From the IMG/VR virus record IMGVR_UViG_3300028805_000037, positions 236,446 through 300,445 of that record: DNA of 64,000 nucleotides; one strand, given 5' to 3'. The position numbers were made by a program, and so were the translations under genes. Numbering within the stretch: the first letter of the stretch is position 1; the number at the start of each line of letters is the position of its first letter. This document shows, piece after piece, positions 1-9,696 of the stretch. The DNA comes from a virus. Lineage: Duplodnaviria > Caudoviricetes. The notes beneath the pieces are model-generated. The model did not search any database, was not told the DNA's origin, and saw only the letters and a list, made by a program, of their open reading frames with translations.

Positions 1-1
1 T

Positions 2-391
2 GATAAAAATAAAATAACAGTAGAACAAATTAAAAATTTTGAATTAGAAGATAAACAAATAAAAATTTTTCTTAATGATTTAACATCAAGTTGTGGAAAA
101 TTTTATTTAGCGGGTTATAATGTAAAATTTGATATAGAGTTTTTAACAGCAATTTTTGCAAGACAAAATCTAAATTTACATTATTATTTTAATTATTTAT
201 ATCTTGATGTAATGCAATTAGTTATAAATTTAAAATTAGCAGGAAAAATCAATCCAGAAAATTGTAAATTACAAACAGTTTTACAATATTTTAATCTTAT
301 AGAAGATATAAGTGTTTTGCATAATGCAAAACAAGATATAGTATGTACTAAAATGCTATATGATTTTCTTATAAATAAATTCAATATTTAA
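2..391 (+). CDS. DnaQ/DEDDh 3'-5' exonuclease, C-terminal part (5' truncated by window)
   Basis: Open frame 2..391 (absent from the ORF track) translates to LAGYNVKFDIEFL...YLDVMQL...KLQTVLQYF...LHNAKQDIVCT, matching DEDDh Exo II/III motifs. Confidence 0.8.
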   Translation, partial: DKNKITVEQIKNFELEDKQIKIFLNDLTSSCGKFYLAGYNVKFDIEFLTAIFARQNLNLHYYFNYLYLDVMQLVINLKLAGKINPENCKLQTVLQYFNLIEDISVLHNAKQDIVCTKMLYDFLINKFNI

Positions 392-393
392 AA

Positions 394-894
394 ATGAATA
401 AAATAATTATAATAGAAGGTATATCACGTGTAGGTAAAACTACATTATGTAATAAAATTAATAAATTATATAATATACCAATATATAAACATAATAATAA
501 AATAATAAATTATTCTGAAATGAATGATAAAAATGAAGTAGAAAAAATGATGGTTATGTTAGACGTATATAGAACTATACCATCAAATATAATATTTGAT
601 AGATTTCATTTTTCAAATGCAGTTTATGGTATTTTATTAAGAAATTATGATGTTAATGAATCTATTAATAATATTAAAAAGATTGAAAAATATATTAAAT
701 CTGTGAATTCTAGATGTATTTTAATTAAAGTTAGTCCTACAGATATTAAAGAATCTTCAAGACAATATGGTAGAGATTTAACAGAATTTGAAAATTATTT
801 TCAAAAATTATATAATATATCAATATTAGAAAAATATAATTGTAATTATAATAATCAAGATCAATTAATCAAAAAATTAAATTTAGGAGTTTAA
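394..894 (+). CDS. dNMP (thymidylate-like) kinase
   Basis: P-loop IIIIEGISRVGKTT and FDRFHFSNAVYG (DR motif). Confidence 0.75.
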   Translation: MNKIIIIEGISRVGKTTLCNKINKLYNIPIYKHNNKIINYSEMNDKNEVEKMMVMLDVYRTIPSNIIFDRFHFSNAVYGILLRNYDVNESINNIKKIEKYIKSVNSRCILIKVSPTDIKESSRQYGRDLTEFENYFQKLYNISILEKYNCNYNNQDQLIKKLNLGV

Positions 895-1995
895 ATGAAT
901 ATTTTATATTTTTATTGGGGATTTCTTGGTGATGTAAAATATAAACCAAATGGAGAATTAGGTAGTTTTCCTGATGGTAATGCATTTTATTCTTGGTCAA
1001 TAATACATGAATTACAAAAAAGAAATAATGATGTATATATTATTGAAGATAGAGATAAAATAGGTTATGAAAAGTTTAATAAAGATTTATTTCATTCATT
1101 TGCTCAGAATAAAAGATGTGAATGTTATAGAAAATTAAAGATTTTTAATAAAAATGTAAAAATAAATTATGCTATAATTGAATGGAGATGGCCAATACCT
1201 GGAAGAAATACATTAGATGTTAAAGGTACTAATATTTATCAACCAGATTTAGAATATATGCAAAATTGTATTGATTATTGTAATAATAATAAAATACCAT
1301 TTATTATTTTTGATTTAGATTATAAATTACAATATGAAGATATAAAGAAGTATGATATCAAATATATAATTGAATTAGGTAATAAATGGAATAAACTTTA
1401 TGGTGATATTAAAGCTACAAGAGTAGAGATACCATTTGATTTTTCTTGTATTAATGAAAAACCAATAAAAATGGAAAATTTTGAAAATGATTGTATTTAT
1501 ATTGGTTCACGTTATGAAAGAGATTGGTGTATGCATTATTTACCAAAAGGAACAGTTGTACATGGTAATTGGTTAGAACCAGGTCATGGAGATCCAGTAA
1601 ATGAATTTCCAAATTTAGTATTTAAAAAGAGGTTATCAGCATCTGAAATTTTTGAACCATATAATAATAGTATAGCAACTGTATTATTAGCTAAAAAAGA
1701 ATATTGTAGTAAACAATTTATGACAGCACGTATACAAGAAGCAATTTTTTATGGAACAGTACCATTATTTATTAGAGAATATGGTAAAGAATTAATTAAT
1801 AAATATGCTGGAAAATATAGTAACATTTTAGTAGTAGCTTCAGATGAAGATGTTAAAATGAAAATAGATATATTTAAAACACGTCCAGAATTAAGAAAAC
1901 AAATAATAATGTATTTACGTAAATATTTAAGATTTATGGATTGCAAATTTTTTGTTGATGATATACAAGAGTTAATAGGAGTTCAGAATGTATGA
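895..1995 (+). CDS. Putative GT-B glycosyltransferase (DNA base modification context)
   Basis: C-terminal YIGSRYER...HGNW...FMTARIQEAIFYGTVP resembles the GT-B/CgeB-like sugar-nucleotide-binding half; position within a nucleotide-modification cluster. Confidence 0.6.
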   Translation: MNILYFYWGFLGDVKYKPNGELGSFPDGNAFYSWSIIHELQKRNNDVYIIEDRDKIGYEKFNKDLFHSFAQNKRCECYRKLKIFNKNVKINYAIIEWRWPIPGRNTLDVKGTNIYQPDLEYMQNCIDYCNNNKIPFIIFDLDYKLQYEDIKKYDIKYIIELGNKWNKLYGDIKATRVEIPFDFSCINEKPIKMENFENDCIYIGSRYERDWCMHYLPKGTVVHGNWLEPGHGDPVNEFPNLVFKKRLSASEIFEPYNNSIATVLLAKKEYCSKQFMTARIQEAIFYGTVPLFIREYGKELINKYAGKYSNILVVASDEDVKMKIDIFKTRPELRKQIIMYLRKYLRFMDCKFFVDDIQELIGVQNV

Positions 1996-4045
1996 TTATC
2001 TTATAGTTGGTTCAGGATTATATGGCAGTTTTGCAGCATTTTTGTTAACACAAAAAGGCAAAAAATGTTTAGTTATTGATAAACGAAATCATATAGGTGG
2101 TAATGTATATAATGAAAGAAAAGATGATATAGATATACATATTTATGGACCACATATATTTCATACATCAAATAAAGAATTGTGGAATTTTTTAAATAAA
2201 TATATTAAATTTAATAATTTTATAAATCAACCATTAGCTATATATAAAAATGAAATTTATAATTTACCATTTAATATGAATACATTTTCAAAAATGTGGA
2301 ATATACAAACTCCAAAACAAGTACAAGAAATTATTTATAAACAAAAGCAAGAAATAATAAATGAACCAAAAAATCTTGAAGAACAAGCAATAAGTTTAGT
2401 TGGTAGAGATATTTATGAAAAATTAATTAAAGGTTATACTGAAAAACAATGGGGAAAATCTTGCATAGAATTAGATAAGAATATAATAAAAAGATTACCA
2501 GTAAGATATACTTATGATAATAATTATTTTAATGATATATATCAAGGTATACCAATTAATGGTTATAATGAACTAATAAATATATTTTTAAGTAAATGTG
2601 ATGTGAAATTAAATATTAAATTTGATTATAGTAATAAAAAAGAATTAGAGAAATTAGCAAAAAAAATTATATATACTGGTTCACTTGATGAATTATATAA
2701 TTATCAACTTGGTAAATTAGAATATAGGTCTTTAAAATTTGATACTTATTCTTTACAAGAAGTTAATTATCAAGGTAATGCTGTAATTAATTATACTGAA
2801 TATGAAATACCTTATACCAGAATTATAGAACATAAACATTTTAATAAATATCAGAAAGGTTATATAAATCCTATAACATATTTAACAAAAGAATATCCTA
2901 TTAAATTTGAAGAAGGTTTAGAAAGATTTTATCCAATAAATAATGAAATAAATAATCAATTATATCAAAAATATGTTGATTTAATTAATCAAGATAAAAA
3001 GTATATTTTTGGTGGTAGATTAGCAGAATATAAATATTATGATATGGATAAAGTTTTAATTAAATGTAAAGAAGATATAGATAAAATTTTAAAAATTAAA
3101 GATAACATTAAAATTAAAACTAGAGTTAAAAAAGAAAAAACAAATGTTATTAGTAATGAAGAAATTTTAGGCTATTTAAAACAAACACAAGATATAAATA
3201 CTTTAGAATATCCTGTATGTATACCAACTGTTCATAATAGAGAAAAATCAGTATTAAAATTATTAGATAATTTTGGTAATACAAAAATATTTTTATTTAT
3301 TATACCTAATGAAGTTCAATTATATAATTATTTAAATAAATCAAATATTATTAAAGTTATATTACCAGAAGAATATGTTGGTTCAATACAAAAAGCAAGA
3401 AAATATATACAAGAATATATGGATAAACAAAATATTGATTTATATCATTGTATAGATGATGATGTTGTTGGTTTTATGTTAATTAATAAAACAATAGATT
3501 GTAGTGTTTCTCAAGGTTTAAGAGTTCTAGAGTTATTTTCAAAAACTATTGAATTTTCATCATTAAGTTATTGTTTCAATGATATAAGTTGTAAATTTTG
3601 GAATGGTGAAAAATATGGTGAAGTTTTAACAGCAGTTCAATATTTATTTAATAATAAAAAATTAAAAGAATTAAATTTAAGATTTACTGGACAATCTGAT
3701 TTAAATGAAGATTTAGAATTTACTGTAAATTCATTGTTATATACTAATCTTCCAACAAAAGTTTTAAGATGGGGATTAATAAAACAAGCTTATGCAGCTG
3801 GAGGTAAAGATTCAATAGCATCATCAAATAATTTACATTTATTATATCAAACAAATAATTATTTAAAATTTGGTAATTATTTAAAATTTCATAAAGATAT
3901 ACGTGGTTTTAGAACAAATATTAATTATAGTAAAATTAAAAAAGATAAAAAGAATAATAACATTAAAATAGAATATGATGAAAATTTATATAATATGTGT
4001 ATAAGCAGAAATTATGAAGGATTAATTAAATATGTACAACAATAA
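1988..4045 (+). CDS. glf: UDP-galactopyranose mutase (N-terminal ~370 aa) fused to a GT-A-like glycosyltransferase domain
   Basis: YDYLIVGSGLYG, HIGGN, YGPHIFHT, YTEKQWG, GGRLAEYKYYDMD are UGM hallmarks; the C-terminal part has VCIPT..NR, CIDDDV (DxD) and NEDLEF, typical of GT-A folds. Confidence 0.85.
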   Translation: MYDYLIVGSGLYGSFAAFLLTQKGKKCLVIDKRNHIGGNVYNERKDDIDIHIYGPHIFHTSNKELWNFLNKYIKFNNFINQPLAIYKNEIYNLPFNMNTFSKMWNIQTPKQVQEIIYKQKQEIINEPKNLEEQAISLVGRDIYEKLIKGYTEKQWGKSCIELDKNIIKRLPVRYTYDNNYFNDIYQGIPINGYNELINIFLSKCDVKLNIKFDYSNKKELEKLAKKIIYTGSLDELYNYQLGKLEYRSLKFDTYSLQEVNYQGNAVINYTEYEIPYTRIIEHKHFNKYQKGYINPITYLTKEYPIKFEEGLERFYPINNEINNQLYQKYVDLINQDKKYIFGGRLAEYKYYDMDKVLIKCKEDIDKILKIKDNIKIKTRVKKEKTNVISNEEILGYLKQTQDINTLEYPVCIPTVHNREKSVLKLLDNFGNTKIFLFIIPNEVQLYNYLNKSNIIKVILPEEYVGSIQKARKYIQEYMDKQNIDLYHCIDDDVVGFMLINKTIDCSVSQGLRVLELFSKTIEFSSLSYCFNDISCKFWNGEKYGEVLTAVQYLFNNKKLKELNLRFTGQSDLNEDLEFTVNSLLYTNLPTKVLRWGLIKQAYAAGGKDSIASSNNLHLLYQTNNYLKFGNYLKFHKDIRGFRTNINYSKIKKDKKNNNIKIEYDENLYNMCISRNYEGLIKYVQQ

Positions 4046-4475
4046 GCAAATAAGAGAATTTAATTTTTTTATGAAATCAGCTTTATTGGCAGCACAAAAT
4101 TCTTATGCAATTAGAAATAAAGTTGGTGCCGTATTTGTTAGAGATGGAAGAATTATAAGTAGTGGTTGGAACGGTCAGCCTAAAGGTTTTGATAATTGTT
4201 GTGAAGAAAAATTAGAAGATGGTTCATTAAAAACATTACCAACAGTTATACATGCTGAAGCAAATGCGTTATGTTTTTGTGCAAAAAATGGTATATCATT
4301 AAAAGATTGTGATGCCTTTATTACATTAAGTCCTTGTATGAATTGTGCATTATTATTAATACAAGCTGGTATTAAAAATGTTTATTATTATGAAGATTAT
4401 AGAGATAATGGTGGTATTAAATTATTAAATAATGTCGGAATTAAATGTGAAAATATTAAGGAGTATATTAAATGA
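4032..4475 (+). CDS. dCMP deaminase
   Basis: VGAV..GWNGQP, HAEANA and SPCMNC zinc motifs. Confidence 0.9.
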   Translation: MYNNKQIREFNFFMKSALLAAQNSYAIRNKVGAVFVRDGRIISSGWNGQPKGFDNCCEEKLEDGSLKTLPTVIHAEANALCFCAKNGISLKDCDAFITLSPCMNCALLLIQAGIKNVYYYEDYRDNGGIKLLNNVGIKCENIKEYIK

Positions 4476-5206
4476 AAAATGAAGAAATAATATTACCATA
4501 TTTTAAAGAATTAAAAAGAAAAAAAGATAATGGTAAATTTAAAATTGATAAAACTGGAGTAAAAACAGTTGAAATTAGAAATTGCCATATAGATGGATTA
4601 AATCCGTTACAACCAATATTAGAATTTCCTGGAAGAAAAACTCCAGAAAATTATGTAAAAAAAGAATCTAATTGGTATAATAGTTGTTCATTAAATATTA
4701 ATGGTTATGTTGATGATGTAAAAATTTGGAAACAAGTTAGTGATAATGATGGTTTTGTAAATAGTAATTATGGTTGGTGTATATATTCAAAAGAAAATTA
4801 TAAACAATATAATCATGTTTTAAAAGAATTAATTAATAATAATTGTTCTAGAAGAGCATCAATGATTTATAATAGACCATCAATGTGGATTGAATATAAT
4901 CAAGATGGTATGAATGAATTTATGTGTACTTATGCAGTTCAATATGATATTACAGATAATGAATTAAATGCTATTGTATATATGCGGTCGAATGATAGTC
5001 AATATGGGTTCTTTAATGATCTAGCTTGGCAGTGTGAAGTATATATGAAATTATATAATGATTTAAAGAAACATTATAAAGATTTACAAATAGGTGTAAT
5101 AGATTGGAATTCTGGTAGTTGGCATATTTATGAAAGACATTTTGAAATGTTAGATAAAATATGTACTTATGAGGTTAAAAATGAAGAACCAAAAATCAAT
5201 AATTAA
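4472..5206 (+). CDS. Thymidylate-synthase-fold dCMP hydroxymethylase (T4 gp42-like)
   Basis: NSNYGW, FMCT, MRSND..YGFFNDLAWQ (Asp at the position that is Asn in dUMP-specific ThyA), GSWHIYERHF. Confidence 0.8.
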   Translation: MKNEEIILPYFKELKRKKDNGKFKIDKTGVKTVEIRNCHIDGLNPLQPILEFPGRKTPENYVKKESNWYNSCSLNINGYVDDVKIWKQVSDNDGFVNSNYGWCIYSKENYKQYNHVLKELINNNCSRRASMIYNRPSMWIEYNQDGMNEFMCTYAVQYDITDNELNAIVYMRSNDSQYGFFNDLAWQCEVYMKLYNDLKKHYKDLQIGVIDWNSGSWHIYERHFEMLDKICTYEVKNEEPKINN

Positions 5207-5345
5207 GAAAATTACACAAAGGTATAAAAATGCACATAAAGTAGATTGTAAAAATTGTAATAGAGATGAAAAAAGTTGTGTAATGAAAATACATATGAGT
5301 AAAAATGATAAATGTATCTGGTTTAAATATAAAGTGGAAGAATAA
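5181..5345 (+). CDS. Small Cys-rich hypothetical protein (54 aa)
   Basis: ATG after GAGG SD; CKNC...C...C; below the ORF-track cutoff. Confidence 0.5.
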   Translation: MKNQKSIIKKITQRYKNAHKVDCKNCNRDEKSCVMKIHMSKNDKCIWFKYKVEE

Positions 5346-5387
5346 TGGAACAAATATATAAAAACAAATAAATTAAAGAGGATTAAT

Positions 5388-5576
5388 GTGTATAATAATA
5401 AATATTACTATTTAGATGATATATATGATTCAAATAAAAATCTTGAAAAATTAGCAACTTATATAATTTGTAGAGATAATGCTGAACGACCTGCAAATAA
5501 ACTTGAGTTTATATTAGAGAAAATGCATAATAATAAAAAGTTTAAAGAACAATATTATTGTAACAAAGGAGAATAA
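5388..5576 (+). CDS. Hypothetical protein
   Basis: ORF track; GAGGA SD upstream. Confidence 0.5.
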   Translation: MYNNKYYYLDDIYDSNKNLEKLATYIICRDNAERPANKLEFILEKMHNNKKFKEQYYCNKGE

Positions 5577-5579
5577 ATA

Positions 5580-6686
5580 ATGATAAATGCAAGTTTTGAA
5601 CAAATTGAAAAAGTAGAAAAACATCCTAATGCAGATAAATTAGATATAATTACAGTTTCAGGTTATACAGTAGTTTCACAAAAAGATACACATAAAGTAG
5701 GGGATACTGTGTTTTTTATTCGTGAAGATAGTCAAATACTTGTTGATGAACAAAAGTTTCCTTGGCATACAGGAGTTAAAACATATTTAGGTAAAAGTGG
5801 TAGAGTTAAAACAATTAAATTAAGGGGAATATTTAGTTCGGGCATTGTATTAAATGCCGAAAAAGTATTAGAATCATATTTTAAAAATAACGGTCTTAAA
5901 CGATATACCTTAGTAAGATATGAAATAAATAAAAGGTTGGAAGATGAAAAGTTCCTTGAAGAAAATTTTGGTATTAAACATTATGTACCACCAGCAGTTG
6001 GTGCAAGTTTTGGCAATTTACAAATGATAGGAACTATACCATTTGGTATACCAAAAACAGATGAAGAAAATGTACAAAATATAGATAAATCAGAATTACC
6101 ATTTGGTGAAGAAGTTTTAGTTACAAGAAAACTTGATGGTACAAGTTGTACAGTAATATTTGATAATGATGGTAAATATCATATTTGTGGTAGGAATTAT
6201 GAATATAAATTAGGTCAAGATAATATTTATGAAAGAACAACTAAACAATTAATAGATTTAATATTAGAAATAGGTTTTTATAAACAATTAAAAGAAAATG
6301 AACATTTAGTTATACAAGGTGAGGTTGCAGGCAAAGGAATACAATCAAATAAAATAAACAAAATTAGTCAAATAGAAGAACCAAGATTTTATATATTTAG
6401 AACAATGTTATGGAATGATAAAGATAGAACAAAAGTTGATTGGGGCAATTATGGTAGTAAATATCATTTTTTTAAAATTAGAAGACAATTAGTTGAAGAA
6501 GAATTTAGAAAAAATAAAACTAATAGTGTAGTATATTGTGTTCCTATATTAGGTAGAGAAATATTAACAGAAGAAATGGTGCAAAAATATATAAATGCAC
6601 CTGCAGAAGAAGGTGAAGGCGTAGTAATTAACCACAAAAAAGGACATTTTAAGATTAAGTCATTAGATTACATAAGTAAATTTTAG
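5580..6686 (+). CDS. RNA ligase, DRB0094/Rnl2-like family with N-terminal OB domain
   Basis: KHPNADKLD N-terminus, motif I RKLDGTS, QGEVAGKGIQ, EGVVI, FKIKS. Confidence 0.85.
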   Translation: MINASFEQIEKVEKHPNADKLDIITVSGYTVVSQKDTHKVGDTVFFIREDSQILVDEQKFPWHTGVKTYLGKSGRVKTIKLRGIFSSGIVLNAEKVLESYFKNNGLKRYTLVRYEINKRLEDEKFLEENFGIKHYVPPAVGASFGNLQMIGTIPFGIPKTDEENVQNIDKSELPFGEEVLVTRKLDGTSCTVIFDNDGKYHICGRNYEYKLGQDNIYERTTKQLIDLILEIGFYKQLKENEHLVIQGEVAGKGIQSNKINKISQIEEPRFYIFRTMLWNDKDRTKVDWGNYGSKYHFFKIRRQLVEEEFRKNKTNSVVYCVPILGREILTEEMVQKYINAPAEEGEGVVINHKKGHFKIKSLDYISKF

Positions 6687-6707
6687 GAAAAAGGAAAAAT
6701 TAAAATA

Positions 6708-7277
6708 GTGGAAAAGAAAATATTTATAATAAGTGATACTCATTTTTGGCATACAAGAATAATCAGATTTGAAAATCGTCCATTTAAATCAGTAGAAGAA
6801 ATGAATGAAGAACTCATCAAAAGATGGAATTCTAAAGTGTCTAATAATGATACTGTTATTCATTTAGGTGATTTTTGTTTTGGAAATAAAGAAAAGACTC
6901 AAGATATTGCACAAAGATTAAATGGTAAGAAAATACTTATAATGGGAAATCATGACGACTCTAGAAATGTAAAATGGTTTATAGATTGCGGCTTTGATGA
7001 AGTTTATAGGTATTCTATACTTTTTCAAAATTATTTTATTCTTTCTCATGAACCTATTGCTTATTTAAAAGCACCATTTGTGAATCTTTATGGTCATGTT
7101 CATGGTAGTCCCAATAATCCAACATTCACTAAAAATAGTGTATGTTGTTGTGTAGAAAGATGGAATTATGCGCCTATAAATTTTACTACAATAATGAGGA
7201 ATATAGAAAAATTACAAAGACAAATTGATGCAACTATGATTAACTTTGAATCTTCAGAAACAATAGAAGAACAATAA
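6708..7277 (+). CDS. Calcineurin-like metallophosphoesterase
   Basis: SDTHFWH, HLGDF, MGNHD, LSHEP, YGHVH. Confidence 0.9.
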   Translation: MEKKIFIISDTHFWHTRIIRFENRPFKSVEEMNEELIKRWNSKVSNNDTVIHLGDFCFGNKEKTQDIAQRLNGKKILIMGNHDDSRNVKWFIDCGFDEVYRYSILFQNYFILSHEPIAYLKAPFVNLYGHVHGSPNNPTFTKNSVCCCVERWNYAPINFTTIMRNIEKLQRQIDATMINFESSETIEEQ

Positions 7278-7293
7278 ATTTAAATTTTAAAAA

Positions 7294-7575
7294 ATGAAAC
7301 AAATTAATCAAACCCAATTCTATGCTAAAATTCTTTTAAAATTACATAAAATTTTATCAATTTATGAAGGTAAAATTTTATGTAGAGAGATTTCTGAAAA
7401 AATAGAGAATGATATAAAAGAATTTTATAAACAATTAAAAATTAAATATAAAAGTATTTTAAATATAAGATATTTAAATGAACTCATTAAACAGCCAATT
7501 CATTATAAAGTAAGATATCATACATTATTAAGTATACAGATTGATATAGATTTAAAGAGGTTATTTAAAAAATGA
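7294..7575 (+). CDS. Hypothetical protein
   Basis: ORF track; overlaps the next start codon. Confidence 0.55.
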   Translation: MKQINQTQFYAKILLKLHKILSIYEGKILCREISEKIENDIKEFYKQLKIKYKSILNIRYLNELIKQPIHYKVRYHTLLSIQIDIDLKRLFKK

Positions 7576-8666
7576 ATTTAGAAGTATTAGAATTTATTAA
7601 TAATAATAAAAACTGGAAAGAAATTCTTGAAAAAAATCCATATAATATAAAAATTAAAGAAGAAGATAATTTTATTATATTAAATTATTCTCAAGTTGAA
7701 AGTGATTTTTCATTAAGAATAGTACAAGAATGTAGAGGATTAATTTTAGTTAAAGAAGATAATAAATATATTCCAGTATGTATTCCATTTTTTAAGTTTT
7801 TTAATTATGGTGAAAAATATGCAAGTAAAATTGATTGGAATTCAGCACAAGTTCAAGAAAAAATTGACGGTTCATTAATTAAAATATGGTTTTATAAAGA
7901 TAAAATGCATATATCTACAAATAGTATGATTGATGCATTTAAAGCTACTATAGCATTACCTACTGATAATTTTAAAACTTATGGTGATTTAGTAATATAT
8001 TGTTTAAATTCATTTTATAAAATAGAAGAGTTTAATAAAGATTACACGTATATGTTTGAATTAGTTTCACCTTATACAAGAATAGTAGTTCCTTATAAAG
8101 AAATAAAATTATTTTATTTGGGACAAAGAAATAATAAAACATTTAATGAGATGAATTTAAGAAATTTTTATAATTATGTACCTAAGTTATATAATATATC
8201 AATATTAAGTGATTGTGTAAATAATGCTAATAAATTGCCTAAAGATAAAGAAGGATATGTAGTAGTTGATGAAAGATTTAATAGAATAAAAGTAAAATCA
8301 CCTGTTTATGTAGCTATGCATCATATAAGAACAAATGTGGCAACCGAAAAATCAATATTAGAATTGATAAGAAAAAATGAAATAGATGAATTTACAAATT
8401 ATTTTCCAGAATATAAAAATGTTTCACAACAAATAAAAGATAAATATAATAATGCATGTGCAGACATAGCAAATTGTTATTTGTTTGTTGAAATGAAAGT
8501 AAAAAATTTAAAAACAAGAAAAGAACAAGCACAACTTATAATGCAAAATTTTAAAAATTGTTCAGATTTTGCATTTAGTTATCTTGATGGAAGAGTTAAA
8601 GGAATAGAAGAATTCATTAAAAATTTGAGTTTAGAAAAATTATTGAAGCGATTGGAGAATTATTAA
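7572..8666 (+). CDS. T4 Rnl1-like RNA ligase
   Basis: ECRGLIL, PFFKFFN, QEKIDGS, FELVSP, EGYVV, RIKVKS. Confidence 0.85.
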   Translation: MNLEVLEFINNNKNWKEILEKNPYNIKIKEEDNFIILNYSQVESDFSLRIVQECRGLILVKEDNKYIPVCIPFFKFFNYGEKYASKIDWNSAQVQEKIDGSLIKIWFYKDKMHISTNSMIDAFKATIALPTDNFKTYGDLVIYCLNSFYKIEEFNKDYTYMFELVSPYTRIVVPYKEIKLFYLGQRNNKTFNEMNLRNFYNYVPKLYNISILSDCVNNANKLPKDKEGYVVVDERFNRIKVKSPVYVAMHHIRTNVATEKSILELIRKNEIDEFTNYFPEYKNVSQQIKDKYNNACADIANCYLFVEMKVKNLKTRKEQAQLIMQNFKNCSDFAFSYLDGRVKGIEEFIKNLSLEKLLKRLENY

Positions 8667-8667
8667 A

Positions 8668-8988
8668 ATGAAATTAAAGCATGGAAGTTGTTATCAATAT
8701 GATAAAACAATATATATTATTGAAAAAGTTGATTATGATAGAATACTTGCAAAACCTAAAATGATTTATTATAAAATATTTTATTATACAAAATTAAATA
8801 GATATAATAATCAAATTGCTTTTGTAAAAGATAAAAATAAAGAAATAGATAATTTTTGTATGACATTTAATGATTGGAATATATTTATTAATGTAAATAA
8901 ATGTAATTTTATAGGTATTTTACATCAAACAGTAAGATTAAATAAATTTAGTTTAACAATAAATAAAAAATATTTTAAGAAGGTGTAA
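8668..8988 (+). CDS. Hypothetical protein
   Basis: ORF track; GGAG SD. Confidence 0.55.
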   Translation: MKLKHGSCYQYDKTIYIIEKVDYDRILAKPKMIYYKIFYYTKLNRYNNQIAFVKDKNKEIDNFCMTFNDWNIFINVNKCNFIGILHQTVRLNKFSLTINKKYFKKV

Positions 8989-8991
8989 ATT

Positions 8992-9648
8992 ATGGATGTA
9001 AAAATTATAGGTAATACTTATACTGATGAAGCAACTATTACTGAATATTTTGCTAAAATAGCAAGAAGATGCTATACAACTATTCCATTTATAGATATTC
9101 AAATTGATTATGAAAAAGCTAAAAAATTATTAAAAAAGATTATTGATTCTGGACATTTATCAATTTTAGAACATTATTCATTTACATTTGCTATAGAAAA
9201 CGTATCTGTAGCGCTTCTTGGACAATTAACAAGAAATAGATTAGCATCATTTACAGTTCAATCATTAAGATACAATAATATGAAAGATAGTGATATCAAT
9301 GTAAGTATACCTGAAGGTATAAAATATGATGATTTAAATGAAATATATTTAAAGTCAATTAGTGAATCTTACAATAATTATAATAAACTTATAGAAAAAG
9401 GCTATAAACCAGAACAAGCTAGATATGTTCTGCCTCAAGGAATAAGAACAAATTTGATTATGACGATGAATGTAAGAGAACTTTTTCATTTCTTTGATTT
9501 AAGGTATTGTAATAGAGCAGATAATGAAATACATCAATTAGCAACTATGATCTATTTTCTAGTAAATCAAAAAGATAATTATTTATTTAGTTTTGCAAAA
9601 CATTCCTGTCAACAATGTAAAAATAAATGTGAAAAATATAAAAAATAA
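8992..9648 (+). CDS. thyX: Flavin-dependent thymidylate synthase, copy 1 (variant motif RNRLASFTVQSLRY)
   Basis: ARRCY, GHLSILEH, ARYVLP, MTMNVRELFHF..LR. Confidence 0.85.
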   Translation: MDVKIIGNTYTDEATITEYFAKIARRCYTTIPFIDIQIDYEKAKKLLKKIIDSGHLSILEHYSFTFAIENVSVALLGQLTRNRLASFTVQSLRYNNMKDSDINVSIPEGIKYDDLNEIYLKSISESYNNYNKLIEKGYKPEQARYVLPQGIRTNLIMTMNVRELFHFFDLRYCNRADNEIHQLATMIYFLVNQKDNYLFSFAKHSCQQCKNKCEKYKK

Positions 9649-9696
9649 AAATTTTTATATAATATATTATAAAATATTTAAAGGAGATATATTTAT

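Noticed and set aside
4472-5206. Ordinary thymidylate synthase ThyA
   Set aside because: It has Asp at the pyrimidine-specificity position and T4 gp42-like motifs; ThyX genes already cover dTMP synthesis
7275-7293. AAATTTAAATTTTAAAAA as another late promoter
   Set aside because: An extra T breaks the motif and it lies in a non-structural operon; may be chance in AT-rich DNA
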